A DNA stretch of 27,449 bases from an uncultured Thiobacillus sp. (GCA_964628785.1 CAZVNY010000002.1:1-27449); one strand, 5' to 3'. Positions 7,407 through 18,472 are shown, counted from the stretch's first letter. Program-made: numbers and translations. The notes: generated from the sequence alone by a model not told the origin.

Positions 7407-9401
7407 ATGCGTGCCTGGCTGTTCTGCCTACTCTGCCTGGGCAGCCCGTCCTTGCAGGCGGCCCATCTGGATCTGGACGTGAACCTGGACCCCGGCAGCC
7501 GGCGCCTGGTGTCCCGGGCAATCCTGGACCTGGACCCAGCACAAAACGGTTTCAGTCTTGCCCCCGGCCTGGTGGTGCACAAGGCCCTGCTGGATGGCAG
7601 GCCCTTGCAGCTGTCCCCGTCCAGATGGGAAGGGGGCCTGGCGCTGTATACATGGCCGTCAAGACCAGGCAAGAGCCGGCTGGAACTGCATTACAGCGGC
7701 CAACTGGCTTCCCTGGAGGCATTGGATCACCGCCAGGTGCTGGGTTGGCAGCCCCCCATGGCAGACCCCCAGGGCTCATATCTGCCCGCTGGCAGCGGCT
7801 GGTATCCCGACCCGGGCACGGTCTTCAGCTATCGCGTGCGTCTCAGCCTGCCTCCGGGACAAAAGGGGTTGGTGCCCGGCAATCCCCTGGATGAGACATC
7901 GGGTCCCAAGCGCTACGTGGCACGTTACGACTTTCCCCATGCCGCCCAAGGCATCGATCTCATGGCCGGGCCCTATGTGACCGCCGCACGCAATCTGGTC
8001 CTGCCCGGTGGCAAATCCGTACGCATACGCACCTGGTTCCATGCCGAGCTGGGAGATCTGGCGCAGACCTACCTGGCGGACAGCGCCCGTTACCTGGAGC
8101 GCTACAGCCGGCAAATCGGGGATTACCCCTTCAGCAGCTTCAGCGTAGTGTCCAGCCCCCTGCCCACGGGTTTCGGCATGCCTTCCCTCACCTATCTGGG
8201 CAGACAGGTGCTGCGTCTGCCCTTCATCCGGGCCACCTCCCTGGGCCACGAGGTGTTGCACAACTGGTGGGGCAATGGTGTGTATCCGGACTGGGAAAAG
8301 GGGAACTGGTCCGAAGGCCTGACCACTTTCATGGCGGATTACGCCTACAAGGAAGACGAATCCCCGGCCGCAGCCCGGGACCAGCGTCTGGCCTGGCTGC
8401 GGGACCTGGCGGCGGTACCCGTGGATGCGGACATGCCCCTGCAGGACTTCGTCAGCCGTCAGCATGGCATCTCCTCCATCGTGGGCTACAACAAGGCGGC
8501 CATGGTGTTTTTCATGCTGCGGGACCGGATCGGGGCCGAGGCCTTCGCGAAGGGCTTGCGCCTGTTGTGGCAGAGAAAGCGTTTCCAGACCGCCTCCTGG
8601 ATGGACCTGGAGGCCGTTTTCTCCGAGGCGTCGAGCCAGGATCTGGGGGCGTTTTTCGCGCAGTGGGTGTCCCGGCCAGGGGCGCCCCGGCTGCGCCTGG
8701 GCCAGGTGGTGCAACAGGGCAACACCCTCACGGTGCAGGCCCAGCAGGAGGAGGACTTCCATGTGCGTCTGCCCCTGGGCCTCATGGTCTACCCGGATGG
8801 CATCGAGACCCGGGTCATGGATCTGCAGGGCCCTGCAGGCACGGCCCGTTTCAATGTCCAGGGCCTGGTGCAGGCCGTGGAGCCGGACCCGGACTACCGT
8901 CTCTGGCGTCGCCTGGACCCGGCCTTGTTCCCCGCCATCCTGCGCGAGGTGTTTGCCGCTCCCAGGGTCAGCCTGGTGCTGGGGGAGGCCGACGCCGACT
9001 TCCAGGGCGCGGCCCGCAGCCTGGCGGCAGGCGTGCTGGACGTCGTCCCCACAGAGATCCGCACGGACAGCCCCCTGCCTCCGGGGGCCCTGCTCATCAT
9101 TGTGCCCCGGCAGCAGGCCCAAGCCCTGCTGGCGCGGCTGTCTCTGCCAGGCGTCCCCGGGGCCCTGGCCGATGCAGGCAGTGCCCGTGTATGGGCGGGG
9201 CGGGCTGCGCAAGGTCGGCCCTATGCTGTCATCGCCGCCCGGGACACAGCCAGTCTGCAGGCCCTGGGTCGAGGCCTGCCCCACTATGGTCGCCAGAGCT
9301 GGCTGCTGTTTGCCGACGGGCGGGTACTGGACAAGGGGGTGTGGCCGCCGCGACCCGAGCGTACCCGGGTCCTGCAACAGGGGACGCCGGTCCGGCCCTG
9401 A
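7407..9401 (+). CDS. M1-family zinc aminopeptidase-like exported protein
   Basis: Signal peptide MRAWLFCLLCLGSPSLQA; HEVLH...(18 aa)...E zinc motif (LGHEVLHNWWGNGVY...NWSEGLTTF); VGYNKAAMVFFML catalytic-Tyr motif. ATG 7407 preferred; the 7314 extension lies inside the MITE. Confidence 0.85.
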   Translation: MRAWLFCLLCLGSPSLQAAHLDLDVNLDPGSRRLVSRAILDLDPAQNGFSLAPGLVVHKALLDGRPLQLSPSRWEGGLALYTWPSRPGKSRLELHYSGQLASLEALDHRQVLGWQPPMADPQGSYLPAGSGWYPDPGTVFSYRVRLSLPPGQKGLVPGNPLDETSGPKRYVARYDFPHAAQGIDLMAGPYVTAARNLVLPGGKSVRIRTWFHAELGDLAQTYLADSARYLERYSRQIGDYPFSSFSVVSSPLPTGFGMPSLTYLGRQVLRLPFIRATSLGHEVLHNWWGNGVYPDWEKGNWSEGLTTFMADYAYKEDESPAAARDQRLAWLRDLAAVPVDADMPLQDFVSRQHGISSIVGYNKAAMVFFMLRDRIGAEAFAKGLRLLWQRKRFQTASWMDLEAVFSEASSQDLGAFFAQWVSRPGAPRLRLGQVVQQGNTLTVQAQQEEDFHVRLPLGLMVYPDGIETRVMDLQGPAGTARFNVQGLVQAVEPDPDYRLWRRLDPALFPAILREVFAAPRVSLVLGEADADFQGAARSLAAGVLDVVPTEIRTDSPLPPGALLIIVPRQQAQALLARLSLPGVPGALADAGSARVWAGRAAQGRPYAVIAARDTASLQALGRGLPHYGRQSWLLFADGRVLDKGVWPPRPERTRVLQQGTPVRP

Positions 9402-9448
9402 ACCGGCCCTGAACCCTCCTGGGCCAGGCGCAGTCCGCTACGGGGCGC

Positions 9449-9820
9449 TCAGTCCTGCCCGCTTTCTGGGCCTGTATAGATGCAGCCGGACACCGCAGTT
9501 TCCTGCACCACGATGCGCCGCAGACCGGGCAGGGTGGGTTGCAGGCGCTGCCAGATCCACATGGCCAGGTGTTCGCTGGTGGGGTTCTCCAGACCAGCCA
9601 CCTCGTTCAGGCAACGATGGTCCAAGGCCGCATGGATGGGCTGCCAGGCCCGCTGCAGATCGGCAAAATCCAGTACCCAGCCCAGCTCCGTATCCAGGGC
9701 TCCCCCTACGTGGACTTCCACATGGAAGCTGTGCCCATGCATGCGGGCACAGGGGTGCTCTGCGGGCAGTTTGGGCAGGTAACGGGCGCATTCCAGGGTG
9801 AAGCGGTTGAAGATATCCAT
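9449..9820 (-). CDS. queD: 6-carboxytetrahydropterin synthase QueD/PTPS homologue (variant)
   Basis: HPCARMHGHSF, GWVLDFADL, LDHRCLNEVAGLENPTSEHLA and VQETAVSGCIY match QueD. The first Zn-ligand His position reads Arg (ECAR instead of EAAH). Confidence 0.85.
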   Translation of the reverse strand: MDIFNRFTLECARYLPKLPAEHPCARMHGHSFHVEVHVGGALDTELGWVLDFADLQRAWQPIHAALDHRCLNEVAGLENPTSEHLAMWIWQRLQPTLPGLRRIVVQETAVSGCIYTGPESGQD

Positions 9821-9882
9821 GTCTGGGCCCTATCCCTGCATCCTTCCGCATAGTGTGGAACTGCCTGGACGTGTGGGCATGC

Positions 9883-11850
9883 TCAGTCCTTGCTTTCGCT
9901 GGCGGACGGCGCGGACTTCGCCATCACCCGCTCCAGCAGGACATCGTCCAGCGCCTGGCCGGTGAAGCCATCCATGCCCAGTTCCCGCAGCTTTTCCATT
10001 TCTGCCCGGGACTCCACGCCTTCGGCCAGGACCTGCAGGCCGAGCTTGTGCGCCGTTTCCACCAGGCCCGCCAGGAAGGCCTGGTTGCCCGGATGCACAT
10101 GGATGTCCCGGATGAAGCTGGTATCCACCTTGATGAAATCCAGGCCCAGATCGTAGAAATCCCCGATGCGGCTGAACTGGTGACCGTAATGGGACAGGCC
10201 CAGATGGCAGTCCAGAGGCTGCCTGATGCGCACCAGTTCCCGCAGGCTGTCCAGGTACTGCAGGGCACCGATCTCCCGTACCTCCAGGCGCAACCGGCCC
10301 AGGTTCTTGCGACGCAACATGAGCAATTCCATGAGGCGGTCACGGAAGTCGGCGTCGGCCACGGAACGGGGCGAGAGGGTTACCCAGCGGGGTGTGGAAT
10401 TGGGGTCCATTTCCAGGGCATCCAGGGCCAGGGTGACGGCAGCCAGGTCCAGATCCGAGGCCATGCCCAGGCGCTCCGCCTGGGGCATGAAGCGATGGGC
10501 CGGCAACCATTCGGGACTGCCGGCCAAACGGATGCGCAGGTGGCATTCACACTGGGTCACTTCGTTCAGGAGCAGGGGATAACGCGCCAGGGTGAGATGA
10601 TCCGTGTGGGCCAGGACATGGCGCAGGGCAAGACGCCAGTCCTCGGTAGTGACGGGGGTGTTGCTCTGGTCGGAAGGCGAGGCCTCGCATACCGCGTCAT
10701 GGCCTGCACTCTCCGCCACGGCCACGGCCTGGTCGATGCGTGCCAGCAGGTCGGGCACCGGCTCACCTGGCTGGAAGGTGGCAAAGCCGATGTAGCTGGA
10801 GCCCATGCGCTCGGCATAGGGCTCCATGATTTCGGCCAGCTTGTCCTGCAGGATGTCCAGCACCGAGCGGGGGTCGCATTCCGAGGCCAGCAGCAGGGCA
10901 AAGTCCGCACCCTTCAGGCGGGCGGCAAAGATATCCGGGCACTCCGCGCCCATGGCACCCAGGGTCTGGCTCACCCGCACCAGCAGGCTGTCCGCCACCT
11001 CGCGTCCGAAATGGCGGTTGATATGCTCCAGGCGCGCCACCCGGATGATGGCCAGACTGCCACCGACGCTATCCTCATCCGCCAGGGTGCGGCTCAGGTT
11101 GGCCATGAAGAAGCTGCGGTTGGCCAGGCCGGTGAGGGTGTCGTAGTTGGCGGCCCGGCGCAGACCTTCGTAGTGCTGGGCATCCTCCTGCAATTCCTGT
11201 CGCAGACGGGACACCATGTCATTCATGGCCGCCGCCAATTCACGCAATTCCGGCAGGGCCGGTTCCGGGATGGTGGTGAAACGTCGCTCCCGTATGGCGT
11301 GGGCCTGATCGATGACGCTGCGGATGGGTTTGCGCAGACGGCCCAGGGCCAGGCTGCCCAGGCCACCGCCCAGGAGCCCGGCCAGCAACATGACCACACA
11401 CAGGGTGATGACGCCGGCCCACAGATCCCGGTAGGCGAAATGCGTATGGCTCATGAGGGACAGGGTGCCCACCTGTTGCCAGCCACTGCTGATCTGGGCC
11501 GTGCCGGGATTGGGCCGGATAGGCAACAGGCTCATGAACCAGCGTGGGGCCTCCGGCTCGGCTGGTGGCGCGATGCGCTCCACCAGGCTGCGGCCCTGGG
11601 GGTCGGTGATGAGGAGGTACTCGTACTGTCCGCTGTTGAACTGGGCGGTGATGGCCACCGCCAGGTCGTCCGCGGTCATCCCTTCCTGGCTCAGGGCCAG
11701 GGCCAGGGTGGCGGCGTTGTCCCGGTTCTTCAGGCTGAGTTGGGTTTCCAGATAGGCCCGGCCGTTGTACAGGGTCACGAACAGGCTGGCGACGAGGGCC
11801 AGCAGCATACTGGAAATGATGGACAACCAGACTTGACGGTAGAGGGACAT
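9883..11850 (-). CDS. lapD: LapD-type c-di-GMP receptor (periplasmic output domain, HAMP, degenerate GGDEF and EAL)
   Basis: MSLYRQVWL...QLSLKNRDNAATLAL N-terminus, GWQQ LapG-binding loop, HAMP (PELRELAAAMNDM), DTLTGLANR, degenerate GGDEF (RLKGADF), degenerate EAL (ECHLR, LSHYG, DFIKVD, AEGVE); RBS GGAGG upstream. Confidence 0.9.
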   Translation of the reverse strand: MSLYRQVWLSIISSMLLALVASLFVTLYNGRAYLETQLSLKNRDNAATLALALSQEGMTADDLAVAITAQFNSGQYEYLLITDPQGRSLVERIAPPAEPEAPRWFMSLLPIRPNPGTAQISSGWQQVGTLSLMSHTHFAYRDLWAGVITLCVVMLLAGLLGGGLGSLALGRLRKPIRSVIDQAHAIRERRFTTIPEPALPELRELAAAMNDMVSRLRQELQEDAQHYEGLRRAANYDTLTGLANRSFFMANLSRTLADEDSVGGSLAIIRVARLEHINRHFGREVADSLLVRVSQTLGAMGAECPDIFAARLKGADFALLLASECDPRSVLDILQDKLAEIMEPYAERMGSSYIGFATFQPGEPVPDLLARIDQAVAVAESAGHDAVCEASPSDQSNTPVTTEDWRLALRHVLAHTDHLTLARYPLLLNEVTQCECHLRIRLAGSPEWLPAHRFMPQAERLGMASDLDLAAVTLALDALEMDPNSTPRWVTLSPRSVADADFRDRLMELLMLRRKNLGRLRLEVREIGALQYLDSLRELVRIRQPLDCHLGLSHYGHQFSRIGDFYDLGLDFIKVDTSFIRDIHVHPGNQAFLAGLVETAHKLGLQVLAEGVESRAEMEKLRELGMDGFTGQALDDVLLERVMAKSAPSASESKD

Positions 11851-11859
11851 GGGGACCTC

Positions 11860-12990
11860 CTATTCGAATCCTTCCGCGCGGGCGCGCTGCACAGTTTTCT
11901 GCCACGCCGACAGGTTGTATGTGGACGCCTCGGGCTGGCTGGGCACGGACTGGCTGTTGAAACTGAACACCGGCCGCAGATCCTTGCGCTGGGAGGCAGG
12001 TTTGATTTCCGGCTCCCGGTCATCCAGCACCAGGGGATCGCCACCGGCCTTGGGATAGTAGGCCAGGACCATGTGCACCGGGTCCTTGCCACCTGGCTTC
12101 TCATCATCCCGGCGCACGTAGACCAGACGCAGCCGCTCGTTGGGGATATCCAGACTGAGGAGGCTGAAATATTTCGCCACGGCGATGTCCTTGCAGTCCC
12201 CCCGGCCGGCCCCCAGGGTTTCCCCGGGAGTGGCCCAGTAGTCAGCCTGACCCCAGGCCTGGCGGGTATCCGTGAACCTGACCCGCTGATTGACGTAGTC
12301 GTTGACGCCGGCCAGCTTGTTGGTCTCGTTCTGCTTGGCCAGGTTTTCCCGCAGGCGCTGCCACTGCCGGAAGACCTCGGCACCGGTACCGCCGTAGCGC
12401 CGGGTCAGCATGTTCTCGAACCTGCCCAGGTCCATGGCGTATACCAGGCGTACACTGGGACCGCCCCGCTCGGCCCACCATTTGTTCATGAAGCTGAGGA
12501 CCTGGCTTTTGCGTAACTGGCCGGGGATGAACATGACGATCTCCCCGGTGGGGTCATACAGGTAGGAGGTGGGGAAAAAATCCACCGGCCCCACCTGGCG
12601 ATAAGGGCTTTTGGTGTCCCGTCGGTTTCCCCCGGCCACCTGGGCCGCATATTCCAGGCCGTGGGAGGCCACGGCCTGGCGCACGCTGTCCACGTCATCG
12701 CCGTAGTCCAGGCTGATGCCGATGACCACCAGATCGTCCCGCTTGTTGAGGTTGTTCAGGGTGGGAATGCCCAGGCGGCACATGGGACACCAGTGGGCCC
12801 AGAAGTTCACCAACACCCATTTGCCGCGAAAGTCCTCGAGCCGCAGGGTGCGTCCCTGCAGATCCACGAAGCGGAAGGGGATGGCCTTTTTTCCCCCACT
12901 GACGGCAAAAGACGGTGTCACTCCCAGGCCTGTGACCAGCAACAGGCAGATCAGGGACAGCGCAAGAAAGATGGGGCGGGGGCGCTGCAT
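11860..12990 (-). CDS. lapG: Fusion: signal peptide + TlpA/ResA-like thioredoxin (CxxC) + LapG-type transglutaminase-like cysteine protease
   Basis: Single open frame: MQRPRPIFLALSLICLLLV (signal), FRGKWVLVNFWAHWCPMC...VIGISLD...FFPTSYLYDPTG (TlpA), then VNDYVNQRVRFTD...WGQADYWATPGETLGAGRGDCKDIAVAKYFSL...LRLVYV...HMVLAYY...PLVLDD...RKDLRPVFSFN (peptidase C93). Confidence 0.88.
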   Translation of the reverse strand: MQRPRPIFLALSLICLLLVTGLGVTPSFAVSGGKKAIPFRFVDLQGRTLRLEDFRGKWVLVNFWAHWCPMCRLGIPTLNNLNKRDDLVVIGISLDYGDDVDSVRQAVASHGLEYAAQVAGGNRRDTKSPYRQVGPVDFFPTSYLYDPTGEIVMFIPGQLRKSQVLSFMNKWWAERGGPSVRLVYAMDLGRFENMLTRRYGGTGAEVFRQWQRLRENLAKQNETNKLAGVNDYVNQRVRFTDTRQAWGQADYWATPGETLGAGRGDCKDIAVAKYFSLLSLDIPNERLRLVYVRRDDEKPGGKDPVHMVLAYYPKAGGDPLVLDDREPEIKPASQRKDLRPVFSFNSQSVPSQPEASTYNLSAWQKTVQRARAEGFE

Positions 12991-13096
12991 GAGTAACGGT
13001 AGCGAACCGCTGCTTGCCTCGGATGATGGGAGCTTAAGCGGCAAAGCTGCCTGGGTCAAAGCGTTGGCCCCCAGTGGCGCGGGCGTTGGCTTAAAT

Positions 13097-13211
13097 CCGT
13101 CATCGCGCGCAGCGAAGCCACGTGGCGATCCAGAAGTTATTGATTTCGTATGGATTCTGGCTTGCCGCGCTGCGTGCGCAATGATGGCAATGGATTCGTT
13201 CGGCGTTTCCT
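13097..13211. repeat. Palindromic repeat copy A (91-bp hairpin core 13097-13187 plus 24-bp arm)
   Basis: Core CCGTCATCGCG...CGCAATGATGG matches the core at 22079-22169 at 77 of 91 positions by manual alignment. Confidence 0.8.
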
Positions 13212-13225
13212 CAGGGCGTACAAAC

Positions 13226-13251
13226 AAAAAACCGGGCAGTGCCCGGTTTTT
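13226..13251 (-). terminator. Rho-independent terminator downstream of prkB (potentially bidirectional)
   Basis: AAAAAA-CCGGGC-AGT-GCCCGG-TTTTT; on the minus strand the stem is followed by TTTTTTGTTTG, about 30 bp after the prk stop. Confidence 0.8.
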
Positions 13252-13281
13252 CAATGCTGCCAGGTTGCTTTGTGTAGCGTT

Positions 13282-14169
13282 CTATTGTCTGGAGTTGGCC
13301 ACCAGTTCCTGGATCCGCGGCTCCAGGATCAGCTCCATGGCAAAACCCATCTTGCCGCCGGGGACCACGATGTTGTTGCGCCGGGACATGAAGGAGTTGG
13401 GGATCATGTTCAGCAGATAGGGGAAGTCCACCCCCTTGGGATCACGGAAGCGGATGATGATGAAACTCTCGTCCGGAGTGGGTATGTCCCGGGCGATGAA
13501 GGGGTTGGAGGTGTCCACCGTGGGCACCCGCTGGAAGTTGATGTCCGTCAGGGAGAACTGGGGCGTGATGTAGTTCACGTAGTCGGGCATGCGGCGCAGG
13601 ATGGTGTCCACGATCACCTCGGCGGAGTAGCCCCGCTCGGCGCCGTCCCGGTGGATCTTCTGGATCCACTCCAGGTTCACCACCGGCACCACGCCGATGG
13701 CCAGGTCCACGTACTGGGCCATGTTGACCTTGTCGGTCACCACCATGCCGTGCAGGCCTTCGTAGAACAAGAGATCGGTGCCTGTGGGGATGTCTTCCCA
13801 GGGGGTGAACTCGCCGGGCATCAGGTTGGTACCCAGGCGGGCGTTGAGGGCAGCGGCCTCTTCGTCACTGTGGATGTAATAACGCTTCTTGCCGCCCCCG
13901 GTCTTGCCGTAGGTCTCGAAGATGCTGGCCAGGCCGGCGAAGTCATTGGCCTCCGGGCCGAAGTGGGAGAAGTGCTTGTTGCCCTCGGTCTCGGCCTTTT
14001 GCATGGCCTCCTTGAAGTCCGCACGTCCCAGGCAATGCATGCTGTCGCCCTCGATGACGGCGGCAGTCAGGTTCTCGCGCTTGAAGATGTGCTCGAAGGC
14101 ACGCTTGACGGTGGTGGTGCCGGCGCCGGACGAACCGGTCACCACGACGACGGGGTGTTTCTTGGACAT
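13282..14169 (-). CDS. prkB: Phosphoribulokinase (proteobacterial type, CbbP/PrkB)
   Basis: MSKKHPVVVVTGSSGAGTTTVK P-loop variant, IEGDSMH, FSHFGPEAN, LLFYEGLHG, PVVNLEWIQKIHRD, INFQRVPTVDTSNPFIAR. Confidence 0.95.
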   Translation of the reverse strand: MSKKHPVVVVTGSSGAGTTTVKRAFEHIFKRENLTAAVIEGDSMHCLGRADFKEAMQKAETEGNKHFSHFGPEANDFAGLASIFETYGKTGGGKKRYYIHSDEEAAALNARLGTNLMPGEFTPWEDIPTGTDLLFYEGLHGMVVTDKVNMAQYVDLAIGVVPVVNLEWIQKIHRDGAERGYSAEVIVDTILRRMPDYVNYITPQFSLTDINFQRVPTVDTSNPFIARDIPTPDESFIIIRFRDPKGVDFPYLLNMIPNSFMSRRNNIVVPGGKMGFAMELILEPRIQELVANSRQ

Positions 14170-14213
14170 GGGAGCTTCCCTTAAAGGAGGTAGGAATGCA
14201 GTTGATCCGGGCT

Positions 14214-14243
14214 AGTATAAACGCCGAATCCAAGGCCTGTCAT
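14214..14243 (-). promoter_or_regulatory. Putative sigma70 promoter for prkB
   Basis: Minus strand ATGACA (14243-14238), 18 bp spacer, TATACT (14219-14214), about 45 bp upstream of the ATG. Confidence 0.45.
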
Positions 14244-14260
14244 CCGAAGCCCGGCTATAA

Positions 14261-16921
<2,661 letters not shown>

Positions 16922-16929
16922 GGCACGAC

Positions 16930-17412
16930 ATGAAACGAAGCGTATGGGGCTGGCTGGTACTGTGTGTACTCCTGTTGTCCGGCTGTGGTTTCCAGCTGCG
17001 TGGCGAGGCCCAGCTGCCCTTTGCCAGCGCCTCTGTGCAGGCGGCCGAGGACTCCCCCCTGGCCAGGGAGCTGCGTCGGGCCCTGGCTGAGCAGGGCAAG
17101 CTGGCGGAGCGGGCCGAGGATGCGCCGGTAAACATCCAGGTGTTGGCCGAGGCCCATGACAAGAAGATCCTCTCCCTCTCCGGCGGCGGCAAGGTGCGGG
17201 AATACCGCCTGCTCTACAAGGCCCTGCTCAAGGTGACGGATGGCCAGGGCATTGAACTCATCGCCCCCATCGATCTGGAGCAGACGCGGGAGTATTCCTA
17301 TGATGACACCCTGATCCTGGCCAAGGAGTTGGAGGAAACCACCCTGCGACGGGCCATGGAACAGGATGCCCTGCGTCAGGCCCTGCGTCGTCTGTCCTAT
17401 GTGAAACGCTGA
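16930..17412 (+). CDS. lptE: LPS assembly lipoprotein LptE
   Basis: Lipobox LLSGC followed by GFQLRG; conserved position between leuS and holA. Confidence 0.92.
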   Translation: MKRSVWGWLVLCVLLLSGCGFQLRGEAQLPFASASVQAAEDSPLARELRRALAEQGKLAERAEDAPVNIQVLAEAHDKKILSLSGGGKVREYRLLYKALLKVTDGQGIELIAPIDLEQTREYSYDDTLILAKELEETTLRRAMEQDALRQALRRLSYVKR

Positions 17413-18443
17413 TGCGCGTACGTGGCGATCAGATGGCTGCCGTCCTGAAAAAAGGACTTGCGCCGATCTGGCTGGTCAGTGGTGACGAGCCCTTGCTGGT
17501 GGATGAGGCGGTGGGCCTGATTCGCAGCGCCGCCCAAGCCCAGGGCTATGACGAACGTCTGACGGCCCAGTCGGAGACGGGCTTCGATTGGCAGGCCTGG
17601 GCCGCGGGTTTCGACTCCCTGTCCCTGTTCGCCAGCCGCCGTCTGGTGGAATTGCGCCTGCCCACGGGCAGGCCCGGGGTGGAGGGTGGCAAGGTGCTGG
17701 AGGCCTGGGCCGCCCAGCCGCCGCCCGATACGGTATTGCTGATCACCGCGCCCCGCCTGGACAAGGCCGCCCTGGCGGTGAAATGGGTCAAAGCCGTGGA
17801 AGGGGCCGGGGTGCTGGTGCAAAGCTGGCCCCCCAGCCTGGAGAGGCTGCCGGACTGGATCGGCGAGCGCCTGGGCCGGCATGGCCTGAAGGCAGATCGG
17901 GAGACCCTGGCCTGGCTCACCGCCCGGGTGGAGGGCAACCTCTTGGCGGCGCATCAGGAAATCGAGAAACTGGCCTTGCTGCTGCCGCCGGGCCCCGTGG
18001 ACTTGGAGACCGTCCGGGCTTCGGTGGCTGACGTGGCGCGCTATGATGTGGGGGATCTGTCCGAGGCCTTTCTCAAAGGGGATGCGGTGCGTTTCTGTCG
18101 CATCCTGGACGGCCTGCAGGCAGCAGGTGAAGGCCTGGCCCTGGTGCTGGCGGTGTTCGGCAATGAGGTGCGCACCCTCTATCGCCTGACCACGGGCCTG
18201 CAGCGCGGAGGGCGTCTACCGGCGCTGATGGCCGCCCTGCGGGTTTGGGAAAGCCGCCAGGGCTTGGTGGAACGGGCCCTGAAACGCACCGATGGCCAAC
18301 ACCTGGATCGGGCCATGCAGGCCCTGGGCCGCCTGGATCGGGCCGCCAAAGGCCTGTTGCGGGAAGACGCCTGGGACGAATTGAAACAGCTGGGTCTGGC
18401 CCTGATGCATCGGGGCCGGGCGCCGGCCTTCGCAGCGGTGTAA
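17412..18443 (+). CDS. holA: DNA polymerase III subunit delta
   Basis: [46 protein letters not shown]; overlaps the lptE stop. Confidence 0.95.
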   Translation: MRVRGDQMAAVLKKGLAPIWLVSGDEPLLVDEAVGLIRSAAQAQGYDERLTAQSETGFDWQAWAAGFDSLSLFASRRLVELRLPTGRPGVEGGKVLEAWAAQPPPDTVLLITAPRLDKAALAVKWVKAVEGAGVLVQSWPPSLERLPDWIGERLGRHGLKADRETLAWLTARVEGNLLAAHQEIEKLALLLPPGPVDLETVRASVADVARYDVGDLSEAFLKGDAVRFCRILDGLQAAGEGLALVLAVFGNEVRTLYRLTTGLQRGGRLPALMAALRVWESRQGLVERALKRTDGQHLDRAMQALGRLDRAAKGLLREDAWDELKQLGLALMHRGRAPAFAAV

Positions 18444-18472
18444 TGGCCGCTGCCCGATGCACGGAGCATGAC

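Noticed and set aside
9392-9413. 11-bp tandem duplication CCGGCCCTGAA spanning the peptidase stop
   Set aside because: Could be slippage or an excision footprint, but nothing else supports it and the protein is unaffected.
9853-12516. 887-aa plus-strand ORF
   Set aside because: Antisense shadow of lapD/lapG in GC-rich DNA; no motifs. The same applies to 2339-3865, 7776-9377, 18179-19789 and 22998-24884, which mirror well-supported genes.
12991-13254. 88-codon N-terminal extension of the TlpA-LapG ORF
   Set aside because: Runs through the prk terminator and repeat copy A; the signal peptide begins right after ATG 12990. An in-frame repeat-derived extension cannot be fully excluded but is unsupported.
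18245-18472. Long N-terminal extension of proA; also extensions of hsdR (25422-25508), nadD (19674-19745) and ImmA (26992-27057)
   Set aside because: Most overlap upstream genes, and family-typical N-termini with RBS or start/stop overlaps lie downstream.
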